64,000 nt of DNA from positions 6,327 through 70,326 of the forward strand of contig CADABS010000004.1 of NCBI GenBank assembly GCA_902786245.1, given 5' to 3'. The notes beneath the pieces were generated by a model. It was given only the letters and a program-made list of their open reading frames with translations. It was not told where the DNA came from and searched no databases. This DNA comes from an uncultured Erysipelotrichaceae bacterium (GTDB lineage: Bacteria > Bacillota_I > Bacilli_A > Erysipelotrichales > Erysipelotrichaceae). Below are positions 36,437 to 46,533 of the stretch, in pieces. Numbering within the stretch: the stretch's first letter is position 1; each line of letters begins with the position of its first letter. The translations under genes and the position numbers were made by a program.

Positions 36437-39400
36437 TCAGAACAGAGACATCTGATTTCTTTCGCTCAGTCCTTCCAGACAGCCCATCTGTTCCAGTTTC
36501 TTCAGCAGTGTTCCGGACAGCTGGGTCCGCCGCAGAATATCTTCCTTGGAGAGGAAACCTGCCTCTCCGCGGGCTTCTTCGATGGATCTGGCAACGTTGT
36601 CGCCAAGACCGTCCACGACATTGAACGGCGGAATGATCGTATGGGGATCCTCCGGTTCCACCGAGAACCGCGTCGCCTTGGATTTATAGAGATCGACATT
36701 GGCGATCCGGTATCCTCTGGCATACAGTTCTTCGCATACCTCGAGCGTATCGACAAGGCTCTTTTCCTTGTTCGAAACGGGATTTTCGATATCCCGCATG
36801 CTCAGCCGGCTCTGGATATCCTGCATTCTCTGGCGGACTGCCTCAATGCCTTTGGTCATCGTTTCGATTTCATAGGCATCGCAGCGCAGCGAGAGATACT
36901 GGATATAGAAGTTATGCGGTTCATGGACCTTGTACCAGCCGATGCGCACCGCCATCATAACGTATGCCACGGCATGGGCCTTCGGGAACATGTACTTGAT
37001 CTTCTTGCACGAATCGATATACCAGTCCGGTACACTGTGGGCTTTCATCTTTTCTTCCTGGTCGGGACGCAGGCCTCTGCCCTTACGTACATCCTCCATG
37101 ATCTTGAAGGCGTCGATCGGCTCGAGCTGCTTGCCCAGCAGATACGTCATGATATCGTCACGGCATCCGATAACTTCAGTTAACGGATGTCCCGCCCGTA
37201 CCAGTTCCTGGGCATTGCCTGCCCATACGTCCGTACCATGGGTCAGACCGGAAAGAATGACAAGATCCGAGAATTTCTTCGGCCGCGTCTCTTCCAGTAC
37301 GCTGCGGGTGATCCTTGTGCCGAATTCCGGCAGGCCCAGAGCACCGGTCTCCTGATGATAGATCCGCGTATCCGCCTTCAGTGCCGCATCGGAAGAGAAC
37401 AGCGACAGCGTTTCCGGATCGTTCATCGGGATATCCAGCGGCTTCATCGTGCCGATCGTCTGCAGCATTCGCATCGCCGTCGGATCGACATGGCCGAGAA
37501 TATCGAATTTCAGAACGTTATCGTGAATATCATGGAAGTCGTAATGCGTCGTCTTCCAGGTTGAAGACGGATCGTTTGCCGGGAACTGGACCGGTGTGAA
37601 ATCCTCGGCATCATATCCCTCCGGGATAATGATAATACCGCCGGGATGCTGGCCGGTCGTACGCTTGACTTCGGTAATGCCGGCCACCAGATACTCCCGC
37701 ATCGCTCTGCGCATTTCGGGAATATTCATCTTTTCGCAATAGCCCGATACATAGCCATAGGCTGTCTTGTCCTTGACACCGCTGATCGTACCGGCTCTGA
37801 ATGCATGTTCCTCGCCGAATACCTCCTTGATAAAGGCATGGGCTCTTGCCTGGTATTCGTTCGAGAAGTTCAGATCGATATCCGGAACCTTGTCCGCATT
37901 GAAACCCAGGAAGGTCTGGAACGGGATATTCTGGCCGTTGCCCTTCATCACTGCACCGCAGTGGGGACAGGTCTTATCGGGCAGGTCAAAGCCCGATTTG
38001 ATCTCCGGATCTTCGATCCATTCGCTGTAATGGCATTTGGGACAGAGATAGTGCGGACGCAGCGGATTGACTTCCGTGACACCCGACATCGTCGCGGTAA
38101 AGGAAGAACCGACCGATCCTCGCGATCCGACCACATAGCCGTCCTCATTGGATTTCTTGACGAGCAGATGGGCAATGTAATAGTGGACGTCGAATCCGTG
38201 CCGGATGATATTATCGAGTTCCTGGTTCAGACGCTCGGTGACGATCTCCGGCACCTTGCCTTCAAAGCCGTACATATCCATCGCTGTCTGATTGCATATA
38301 TCGCGCAGCAGCCGGTCCGAGCCTTCGATCTTGGGCGGATAGGTTCCCTCCGGCACCGGCCGGGCATCTTCGATCAGATCGAACAGGCGGTTCGGATTGC
38401 GGACGGTGATCTCATCGATCAGATCCTCATCCCCGAGCCAGGCAAATTCTTTTTTCATTTCATCGGTGAAGCGCAGATGCTGATCCGGGCTTCTCGTCCG
38501 CCAGCGCAGCGCATCATCGCGGATATACAGCGGATGGATGACACCGCCGACACCCTGGTTCATGATATAGACATCGCGGAATACCTTCTGCTGTTTTGTC
38601 AGGTAATGGGCATCGCTGTCCGCCACCACCGGCACACCGCATTTCTTTGCCATATCGATGATCCGCTTCTGTACCTGCTTGAGACGGTTAAGATCGGGTA
38701 CGCCGCCGGTCGCCAGGAATACGCTGTAGCAGCTTAACGGCTGCAGCTCGATATAGTCATAGAAGCGGATGGCATTTTCAAGACGGGCATCATCGCCGTT
38801 GCAGCCGAGTTCAAACACTTCGCCGTTGAGACAGGCACTGCCGATCAGAAGGTTGTCCCTGTACTTCTGCAGAGAACTTCTGCGGATCCTCGCCTCGGCG
38901 GAGACATCGGTTCCTTCCTTGCCAGAAGCCTTGCCCATAACAGCCAGCGTCTTTGTATTCGATTCCGAAACAAGCCGGTACAGATCATGGACTCCCTTTC
39001 CGTTTTTCGCAACGACACAGACATGGCTGCGTCTCTGCTTGGAATAGACGGAATCATCCTGGATCACATTCTGCAGATCATTGACCGTCCTGGCACCGGA
39101 TTTGGTCATCGCGTCTTTCATCAGACACAGGAAAACACTGCCCAGTACATCGGCATCGTAATCCGCCCGGTGGGCGACTTCTTCGTTATAGCTGATCCGG
39201 TAGTTGCGGGCGATATTGCCGAGCCTGTAGGCACGTCTGTCGCGCAGGACTGCCCTGGACATATCCAGGGTATCGATGACCGGATTGTGAATCGGTTCCC
39301 GGCCGATCCGGCGGAGTTCGGCATTGAAGAAGTGATAGTCAAAGGTCGCATTGTGGGCAACGAGCACCGCATCGCCGATCCATTCCAGCAGCGTATCTGC

Positions 39401-40792
39401 CGCCTCGGCAAAGGTCGGTGCGTTTTTCACCATGTCATTGGTAATATTGGTCAGTGCGCTGATATTGGCGGGAATCGGATGCGGAGGCCTGATAAACATC
39501 TGGATATGGTCGATCACCTGGGAATCCCGGATCTTGACCGCACCGAATTCAATCATCGAATCATAATGGGCGGAAAGACCGGTCGTCTCAAGGTCGTACG
39601 ACACGAATGTGCATTCATCCAGGGGTGTATCATTGCCGTTTCTGACGATCAGCATCCGGTCATTGACCATGTTCATTTCACAGCCCAGGCCCAGCCGGAA
39701 ATTCCTCTCCGGATCCTTTTTGCGGATGCCGGCAGCCGTATTGTAGGCTTTGACAAAGGACTGTACATCCAGATGATCGGTCAGGACAATGCCCCGGTGG
39801 CCGATGTTATATGCATAATTGACAATCGAAGGCGCATCGCAGATGCCGTCCATTTCCGACATGTTCGTATGCATGTGGAATTCGATTCTCTTGGTTTCGG
39901 CTGTATCGGTTTCCTGTTTGGTCTCAAGCACTTCGATATGCTGGGCCATACAGGTCAGGTCTCTGGCAAACGTATCGTATTCGATCCGCCCGTAGAAGCG
40001 GATCCGCATGCCCGGATGGAGCTGTTCGAGTTCCTCGCGGGTCATGCCCCTGCCTTCAAAGCGCTTCATCGTGATCGCATCGGTTCCGTCATAGAGATAG
40101 ACCGTCTGGATCAGCGTCTTGTTCTTGCGCGTTTCTTCGTTGACGACATTGAACACATCCGCATCAAAGGTGATATTCTGCATCGGATCGCGGACTTCCT
40201 TCAGTTCGATCTTCGTATAGTCCTCCGGCTTTGTCCGCCGGTAGCCGCTGGAGCGGAATTCCTTCTTCGGCTTGACTTCTTCCGGTTCCGGCACCGGAAT
40301 AAAGTCCAGCGGCAGTTCCGGAATATCCGTCTCTTTCGGCATGGATACTTCAAAGCCGGCATGATAGTTGTGAATGCCGATATCCCTGAGGAATTCCTCC
40401 AGTCCGGAAAGAGACGCCGATGCTCTCTGCATCAGATCTTCATCCGCAAAGACAAAGCGCAGCTGGCGGTGTTCCGTATCATACTGCACGATTCCTTCCC
40501 GCAGCAGCGAGAATTCATCTTTTTCAAACAGCAGACCGAGATACTTCTGTACCTGGTCAAAACTCATCGTGTCATCATCCGCATGGATGATCAGCCTGAC
40601 GGCACTGCCTGTCAGCGTATGGATCCTGTCGCAGACACAGCGGTATCCTTCGCAGCTCAGCACATGCGGTACATGCATGCTGATCTCGACCGAGTTGTCG
40701 GCACGGAAAAAGCGCACGGACTGCAGCACAGCAGCTTCCAGTCCGTTCTGTTCCGGAATATCTATATCAAGTTCTTTCAATAAAACGTTCAT
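36437..40792 (-). CDS. polC: DNA polymerase III PolC
   Basis: PHP (EFHMHTNMS), DEDDh exonuclease (YDLETTG, HRADYDA), GSRGSVGS, VPDIDLNF, KYMFPKAHA. Confidence 0.97.
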   Translation of the reverse strand: MNVLLKELDIDIPEQNGLEAAVLQSVRFFRADNSVEISMHVPHVLSCEGYRCVCDRIHTLTGSAVRLIIHADDDTMSFDQVQKYLGLLFEKDEFSLLREGIVQYDTEHRQLRFVFADEDLMQRASASLSGLEEFLRDIGIHNYHAGFEVSMPKETDIPELPLDFIPVPEPEEVKPKKEFRSSGYRRTKPEDYTKIELKEVRDPMQNITFDADVFNVVNEETRKNKTLIQTVYLYDGTDAITMKRFEGRGMTREELEQLHPGMRIRFYGRIEYDTFARDLTCMAQHIEVLETKQETDTAETKRIEFHMHTNMSEMDGICDAPSIVNYAYNIGHRGIVLTDHLDVQSFVKAYNTAAGIRKKDPERNFRLGLGCEMNMVNDRMLIVRNGNDTPLDECTFVSYDLETTGLSAHYDSMIEFGAVKIRDSQVIDHIQMFIRPPHPIPANISALTNITNDMVKNAPTFAEAADTLLEWIGDAVLVAHNATFDYHFFNAELRRIGREPIHNPVIDTLDMSRAVLRDRRAYRLGNIARNYRISYNEEVAHRADYDADVLGSVFLCLMKDAMTKSGARTVNDLQNVIQDDSVYSKQRRSHVCVVAKNGKGVHDLYRLVSESNTKTLAVMGKASGKEGTDVSAEARIRRSSLQKYRDNLLIGSACLNGEVFELGCNGDDARLENAIRFYDYIELQPLSCYSVFLATGGVPDLNRLKQVQKRIIDMAKKCGVPVVADSDAHYLTKQQKVFRDVYIMNQGVGGVIHPLYIRDDALRWRTRSPDQHLRFTDEMKKEFAWLGDEDLIDEITVRNPNRLFDLIEDARPVPEGTYPPKIEGSDRLLRDICNQTAMDMYGFEGKVPEIVTERLNQELDNIIRHGFDVHYYIAHLLVKKSNEDGYVVGSRGSVGSSFTATMSGVTEVNPLRPHYLCPKCHYSEWIEDPEIKSGFDLPDKTCPHCGAVMKGNGQNIPFQTFLGFNADKVPDIDLNFSNEYQARAHAFIKEVFGEEHAFRAGTISGVKDKTAYGYVSGYCEKMNIPEMRRAMREYLVAGITEVKRTTGQHPGGIIIIPEGYDAEDFTPVQFPANDPSSTWKTTHYDFHDIHDNVLKFDILGHVDPTAMRMLQTIGTMKPLDIPMNDPETLSLFSSDAALKADTRIYHQETGALGLPEFGTRITRSVLEETRPKKFSDLVILSGLTHGTDVWAGNAQELVRAGHPLTEVIGCRDDIMTYLLGKQLEPIDAFKIMEDVRKGRGLRPDQEEKMKAHSVPDWYIDSCKKIKYMFPKAHAVAYVMMAVRIGWYKVHEPHNFYIQYLSLRCDAYEIETMTKGIEAVRQRMQDIQSRLSMRDIENPVSNKEKSLVDTLEVCEELYARGYRIANVDLYKSKATRFSVEPEDPHTIIPPFNVVDGLGDNVARSIEEARGEAGFLSKEDILRRTQLSGTLLKKLEQMGCLEGLSERNQMSLF

Positions 40793-40969
40793 ATTTCACC
40801 AATGGCTATTATCATACCACAGAACCGGATGTGCCTCTACATTGATTCAGATCATGTCTTTCACTTCCAAAAGCATTTCCTGCATTTTTCTGCGGACAGC
40901 GGTGGCTGTATGTGTTTCTGCATTTCACCGTACAGTCTCCATATGTGCATCATACCATAAAGGCATAAG

Positions 40970-40992
40970 AAAACGGTGCCGGGCACCGTTTT
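40970..40992 (-). terminator. Terminator after HerA-like gene
   Basis: AAAACGGTGC / GCACCGTTTT perfect stem. Confidence 0.65.
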
Positions 40993-41003
40993 CAGGGATC
41001 GGA

Positions 41004-42479
41004 TTATTTGAGAAGTTTCTTCAGCCACTTCTTGGCAGAGCGGACACCGGCATTGATCAGTTCTGTCTCTGCCTTGGTTCTCGCCTTCTTGGCAAGTCTG
41101 CCTGCCCAGTCGCCTTCTTTTTCTTTTCTGGCGGCTTCTCTGGCTTCTTCTTTCGCCCGCTGCTGTTCGAGTTTCTCCTGTTCCTTCGCCTCTTCTTCCG
41201 AAGCATAGATATCATCCATCTGTTCATAGGCGCTGTCCGGATCGATATCCTTTTCATATTTGCCGTAGATGGAGTCTGTCTGCCATGCCCGCATGCGTCT
41301 GTCTTCCGGCGCAACTGCCATCATCGACATCGGCGGCAGGATCTTTGTCTCCTGGACGATGGTCGGCGCACCGAATTCATCCAGTACCGAAACCAGTGCA
41401 TAGCCGGTCTTCATCGTCGTAATGACTTCCATGGTATTCAGATCAGGATTCTGGCGGAATGCTTCGGCAGCGGTCTTTACCTTCTTCTGCTCGGCCGGTG
41501 TATAAGCCCGCAGCGCATGCTGGATGCGGTTGGAAAGCTGGGCCAGAACACTATCGGGAATATCCGTCGGGGCCTGGGTAATGAAGAAGATGCCGACGCC
41601 TTTGGAACGTACCAGCTTGATGATCTGTTCGATCTTTTCCAGCAGCTGGCGCGATGCATTGTCAAACAGCAGGTGCGCTTCATCGAAGAAGAATACGATC
41701 TTCGGCTTATCCAGGTCGCCTGCCTCCGGCATTTCTCTGTACAGCTTGTCCAGCAGCCAGAGCAGGAATGTGGAATAGGTCATCGGATGCTGGAAGAGTT
41801 CTTCGCATTCGAGAATGTTCATGATACCGTAGCCGCCCTGCACATCCAGCAGATCATCGATGTTCAGCGCCGGCATGCCGAAGAGCAGATCGCCTTTCTG
41901 TGTTTCCAGTTCCAGCAGCTTGCGCTGGATCGCACCGACCGACTGCTTCGAGACATTGCCGTACTGCACGGTCAGTTCCTTCGAATGGTCGCCGACATAG
42001 CGGGTCATTGCCTGCAGATCCTTGAGATCGATGATGTCGAGTTCCATCTCTTCCGCGATCCGGAAGATGATATTCAGAACACCGCGCTGGGCATCGGTCA
42101 GATCGAGAATACGGCTCAGCAGAACGGTATCCATGTCCTGCAGAACGGAACGGATGGGATGGCCCCATTTCCGGTATACATCGAAGAAATGGACCGGGAA
42201 GGCACGGCATTCGAAATTCTCCACACCCATGGAATCCAGACGTCCCTGGATCGCTTCTTTATCGCCGGGCATGATCATGCCGGAGAGATCGCCTTTGACG
42301 TCGGCGATGAATGTCGGTACGCCGTTTTCACTGAGAGATTCTGCAATCACGCGGAGCGTTGTCGTTTTTCCGGTTCCGGATGCACCGGCAATCAGTCCGT
42401 GCCGGTTCATCTGGCTGTACATCATGTTTACATGAAGGTCGCCGGCATTGCCGAGATACAGCAGTCCGTCTTTCAGCAT
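41004..42479 (-). CDS. HerA-like ATPase, DUF853/YjgR family
   Basis: RHGLIAGASGTGKT Walker A, FIADVKGDLSG, FFFDEAHLLF Walker B, RSKGVG, RIQHALRA. Confidence 0.85.
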   Translation of the reverse strand: MLKDGLLYLGNAGDLHVNMMYSQMNRHGLIAGASGTGKTTTLRVIAESLSENGVPTFIADVKGDLSGMIMPGDKEAIQGRLDSMGVENFECRAFPVHFFDVYRKWGHPIRSVLQDMDTVLLSRILDLTDAQRGVLNIIFRIAEEMELDIIDLKDLQAMTRYVGDHSKELTVQYGNVSKQSVGAIQRKLLELETQKGDLLFGMPALNIDDLLDVQGGYGIMNILECEELFQHPMTYSTFLLWLLDKLYREMPEAGDLDKPKIVFFFDEAHLLFDNASRQLLEKIEQIIKLVRSKGVGIFFITQAPTDIPDSVLAQLSNRIQHALRAYTPAEQKKVKTAAEAFRQNPDLNTMEVITTMKTGYALVSVLDEFGAPTIVQETKILPPMSMMAVAPEDRRMRAWQTDSIYGKYEKDIDPDSAYEQMDDIYASEEEAKEQEKLEQQRAKEEAREAARKEKEGDWAGRLAKKARTKAETELINAGVRSAKKWLKKLLK

Positions 42480-42492
42480 AGTTCGTCTCCTC

Positions 42493-43767
42493 CTACATCA
42501 CGCAGATGCCGCCTGCGCCGCGGATCTTCAGAATATAGCAGCATCCTTCGCCGAATGCGCTTTCCATTGCCTTGATATATTTCTGAGTCTTTGCCTTCGG
42601 CACAAAGGCCTGGATCGTGCCGGCAAATCCGCCGCCGTGGATCCGGCATGCGCCTTCGCTGCCGAGCACTTCGCTGCTCAGCGCCAGACCGACAGCCGCC
42701 GGCTGTTCCTTGACAGCACCGGGCACGCTGATGTTCTGCAGATACATCCAGGAAGAACGTCCCGATTCATTGACCAGATCCAGGAAGGCTTCGATGTTCT
42801 TTTCGCGCAGCGCGATCTTCTCATCTTCCGCCCGCTGTGTTTCCTTGAGGAAATGGTATGCCCGCAGGAACGCTCTGTCGCCGCATTTTTCCCGGATTTC
42901 GGGGACATGGCGCATGAACTGCGATATGGTGCATCTGCTCAGCACATCTTCGCCCAGGGTCAGGGCAACGCCCTTCATCTCATTGGGCACGGCGCTGTAT
43001 TCATCCGAGAGGTCGGCATGGTCGGCCCGGATATCCGTCAGGATCAGATCGATATCATAGGATGCCGGATCGAAATCCACCTTTTCCACCAGCGGATTGT
43101 TTTTTTCAAAGAAGTCGATCGCAACAAAGCTGCCGACGGCACTGGCCATCTGGTCCATCAGACCGCATGCTTTCATGAAATAGCGGTTCTCCGCATACTG
43201 CCCGGCCTTGGCGATTTCCTGGGCAGGAATCTTTCCTTCGTTGTACAGCACATTCTGGATCGTGCCGAGAAGCACTTCAAACGCCGCGCTCGAGGACATT
43301 CCGCCGCCGGCGATGACATTGCTTTCCGAATAGGCCATGAAGCCGCCTGCTTTCCAGCCTTTGCCGCACAGCGCTGCCGCGGTGCCGCGGATCAGTGCTT
43401 CGGTCGTATTCTTTTCTTCCAGCTGAATGGAAAGATCGCTCAGATCGACCGGCTTGATGTCAAAGCCGAGCGAAGCCAGACGGACGACCGGTTCTTCGGT
43501 CGGAATGACCGCTGCGATCGTATCGAGGTTGATCGAAGCAGCCAGGACCCGGCCGAGCTGATGATCCGTATGATTGCCGCCGACTTCTGTTCTGCCGGGA
43601 GCGCTGAAGACGAATCCTTCCCCGTCCTCAAACAGATCGATCGTTTTCTGAATGACGGAAACATAGCGTTCCTTCTGTTCCTGCAGTGCATCTTCCCCAT
43701 ACAGTTCCTTCAGAACATCATCTTTTCTGCCGGCCTGTATTTCGGTGATCAGTTCCGATAATTTCAT
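42493..43767 (-). CDS. Galactokinase-like GHMP kinase
   Basis: APGRTEVGGNHTDH, GGGMSSSAA, CGLMDQ, RIHGGGFAG; RBS GGAGGG. Confidence 0.8.
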   Translation of the reverse strand: MKLSELITEIQAGRKDDVLKELYGEDALQEQKERYVSVIQKTIDLFEDGEGFVFSAPGRTEVGGNHTDHQLGRVLAASINLDTIAAVIPTEEPVVRLASLGFDIKPVDLSDLSIQLEEKNTTEALIRGTAAALCGKGWKAGGFMAYSESNVIAGGGMSSSAAFEVLLGTIQNVLYNEGKIPAQEIAKAGQYAENRYFMKACGLMDQMASAVGSFVAIDFFEKNNPLVEKVDFDPASYDIDLILTDIRADHADLSDEYSAVPNEMKGVALTLGEDVLSRCTISQFMRHVPEIREKCGDRAFLRAYHFLKETQRAEDEKIALREKNIEAFLDLVNESGRSSWMYLQNISVPGAVKEQPAAVGLALSSEVLGSEGACRIHGGGFAGTIQAFVPKAKTQKYIKAMESAFGEGCCYILKIRGAGGICVM

Positions 43768-43777
43768 ATACCCTCCG

Positions 43778-44449
43778 TTATCTCGCCATTTTCTCAAATG
43801 CGTTTCTTGCGGCATTCTGCTCTGCCTGTTTCTTGCTGGGACCTTTGCCGGTGCCCATGATCAGACCTTCGACGACAGCGTTCATTTCGAATTCCGGCGC
43901 ATTGGCAGGGCCTTTTTCGGAAACGAGCTGATAGGTCACGGTCTTGCGGTGATCGGCCTGCACATATTCCTGCAGCAGTGTCTTGTAATCGGTGACGCTG
44001 ACTTCCTCGGGATGGCGCAGCCGCGGTGTGACGACTTCTTCCAGTATATTGTCCACCGCGCTCATGCCCTGGTCGAGGAACAGCGCTCCCAGAAATGCTT
44101 CAAACATATCGGCGACGATCGCGTCTTTGTTGCGGCCGCCGCTTTTCTCTTCGCCGCTGCCCAGCAGCAGGAATTCGTTCAGTCCCAGTTCCCGGCCGTA
44201 GATTGCAAGGGCTTTTTCGCATACGAGCTGGGCCCGCAGCCGGGTCATTTTTCCTTCGCTGAGATTCAGCGGATAGATGGCGTTCGAGCTCCACAGCTGC
44301 AGTACGGCATCTCCCATGAATTCCAGTCTTTCATTATCATGATATGACTTGTGTTCATGCGCATAGGATGAATGCATGAACGCCTGATGGATCATATCGG
44401 TATCGCGGACAGTGATTCCGCGGTTTTTCAGCCAGTCTGTAATATCCAA
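43778..44449 (-). CDS. rnc: Ribonuclease III
   Basis: NERLEFMGDAVL, ADMFEAFLGA, dsRBD DYKTLLQE; TTG start after GGAGG. Confidence 0.96.
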   Translation of the reverse strand: MDITDWLKNRGITVRDTDMIHQAFMHSSYAHEHKSYHDNERLEFMGDAVLQLWSSNAIYPLNLSEGKMTRLRAQLVCEKALAIYGRELGLNEFLLLGSGEEKSGGRNKDAIVADMFEAFLGALFLDQGMSAVDNILEEVVTPRLRHPEEVSVTDYKTLLQEYVQADHRKTVTYQLVSEKGPANAPEFEMNAVVEGLIMGTGKGPSKKQAEQNAARNAFEKMAR

Positions 44450-44460
44450 GTTGAAACCTC

Positions 44461-46470
44461 CTAATCGACATATGACCGGCGCCGGCTGCGTTCCCGGAGT
44501 CTGTCCAGGAACAGATCAAATCCCGGTTGAGCGGAATGCGCCATGATGAATGCCGCGTCTTTCCGCGCCGTATCAATGATATTCGTATCCTCCGCCAGAT
44601 TGCCGAGAATAAAGTCCGGAACACCGCTCTGTCTTGTACCAAGTATATCACCCGGTCCGCGCAGACGTAAATCCTGATACGAGATTTCAAACCCGTTATT
44701 GGTCTGTACCAGTACCTGCAGACGCTCCAGCGTCCGCTCTTCTTCCGAACCGCTCAGCAGCCAGCAGGTTCCCTGATGCGATCCGCGCTGGATCCGTCCC
44801 CGCAGCTGATGGAGCTGGGAGAGTCCGAAGCGGTCTGCGTCATAGATGATCATGCCGGTCGCATTGACGACATTCATGCCGACTTCCACGACGGTCGTGG
44901 ATACTAGGATCTTCGTTTCCCCGCTGTGGAATTTCTCCATGACGGTCTGTTTTTCTTCGCTGCTCATCCGTCCATGCAGTATATCCACGGTATACATGGG
45001 GTACAGCTTCTGCATCGCTTTGGCTGTGTCATAGACATTGCGGGCATCATACTCCGCATTCTTTTCGACAGCCGCACAGATGACATACAGCTGCCTTCCC
45101 GACTGCAGCAGCGATGAGACATCCGCCAGTACGCTGCGGAAGCTGTTTTCCCGGATCAGCACCGTGACCGGATCGATTCTTCCCGGCGGCATGGTCTCGA
45201 TCGTGGAGATATCCATATCGCCGAACAGCGTCGAAGCAAGGGTTCTCGGAATCGGGGTTGCGCTCATCAGCAGGAAATCCGCATTCTCCCCTTTTTCCCG
45301 CAGACTGCGGCGCTGTTCCACCCCGAAGCGCTGCTGTTCATCGGCTACGACCATGCCTAAACGGTGAAAGTGCACATCTTCCTGCAGAAGACTGTGTGTT
45401 CCGGTCAGGATATCGATCTTTCCGGCTGCGGCATCTTCTATGATCTGCGCTTTCTGTGCGTTCGGCATGCCCGAATACAGTACTTCTGTCCGGATGCCTG
45501 TATCCTGCAGGATCGACCGCAATGATTCCAGGTGCTGCCGGGCCAGGATTTCGGTCGGCGCCAGCAGGGCTGCCTGGTATCCGGCCGTCACGCATGCATA
45601 CATGCCAAGGGCCGCGACCGCGGTCTTGCCGCAGCCGACATCGCCCTGTACGATCCGGTACATGGATTTGGGCGAAGCAAGATCATGCAGGATATCCTGC
45701 AGGGCTTTATTCTGATCTTCCGTCAGGGCATAGGGCATTCTCTGAATGACCTTCGCAAGCGCAACCGTATCGATCATACGGGGCTGCTTATAGAACTTCT
45801 CCCCTTCATCGGCCTTATGCATGGCCATGGTCGTGAAAAAGAGCAGGAATTCTTCATATTTCAATGTCCGCACCGCTGCCTTGACATCCTCCATGGAAGA
45901 AGGATGATGAATCAGACGCAGTGCCTGCACCCGGTGCAGAAGCCGGTATTTCCGGATGAATTCGGCAGGAATCAGATCATCGATCTCATTCTGCAGAGCC
46001 TCATAGACCTTATCGATGCAGGCCCGGACCGTCCGCTGCTGGATGCCTTCTTTGATACTGTATACCGGTGTCACCGCCTCATGTTCGCTGAGCGGCTTTG
46101 TATCATAGGAAATCGCTGTGATCCTGTCTTTGCCCTGGTATATTCCCCGCAGCGTGATCAGCTGTCCTTCATTGAGATTCTTCGCCCATGGCCGGTTGAA
46201 GATCGTTACCTTGAAGATATGATCAAACGCCTCGCAGTCGAATATGCAGTTGGTTTTCTTGCCGTATCCCCAGCTGCGCACCGTACCGGCGACCGTACCC
46301 TGAAAACAGACCGTATCCTTGATTTTCCATTCGCTGTACGGCAGTCCGTTGATCACTTCATAGCGGTACGGGTAATACGAAAGAAGCCCGTCCGTATCAT
46401 ATATGCCGAGACGGTTCAGTGCTTCAATTCTCTTCGGTGTCAGCTTCAGCTGTCTGTCCTGCAGATCCAT
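44461..46470 (-). CDS. recG: ATP-dependent DNA helicase RecG
   Basis: QGDVGCGKT, APTEILARQH, DEQQRFG, MSATPIPRTLA, QLHQLRGR, DLRLRGPG. Confidence 0.96.
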   Translation of the reverse strand: MDLQDRQLKLTPKRIEALNRLGIYDTDGLLSYYPYRYEVINGLPYSEWKIKDTVCFQGTVAGTVRSWGYGKKTNCIFDCEAFDHIFKVTIFNRPWAKNLNEGQLITLRGIYQGKDRITAISYDTKPLSEHEAVTPVYSIKEGIQQRTVRACIDKVYEALQNEIDDLIPAEFIRKYRLLHRVQALRLIHHPSSMEDVKAAVRTLKYEEFLLFFTTMAMHKADEGEKFYKQPRMIDTVALAKVIQRMPYALTEDQNKALQDILHDLASPKSMYRIVQGDVGCGKTAVAALGMYACVTAGYQAALLAPTEILARQHLESLRSILQDTGIRTEVLYSGMPNAQKAQIIEDAAAGKIDILTGTHSLLQEDVHFHRLGMVVADEQQRFGVEQRRSLREKGENADFLLMSATPIPRTLASTLFGDMDISTIETMPPGRIDPVTVLIRENSFRSVLADVSSLLQSGRQLYVICAAVEKNAEYDARNVYDTAKAMQKLYPMYTVDILHGRMSSEEKQTVMEKFHSGETKILVSTTVVEVGMNVVNATGMIIYDADRFGLSQLHQLRGRIQRGSHQGTCWLLSGSEEERTLERLQVLVQTNNGFEISYQDLRLRGPGDILGTRQSGVPDFILGNLAEDTNIIDTARKDAAFIMAHSAQPGFDLFLDRLRERSRRRSYVD

Positions 46471-46505
46471 AGGCAGATTATAGCATTCCTGCGTTGGAAT
46501 GGACG

Positions 46506-46533
46506 AAAAAAGACAGCTGTGTGTACAGCTGTC
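46506..46533 (-). terminator. Terminator after mupG-like gene
   Basis: GACAGCTGT-ACAC-ACAGCTGTC plus T6 on the minus strand. Confidence 0.8.
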
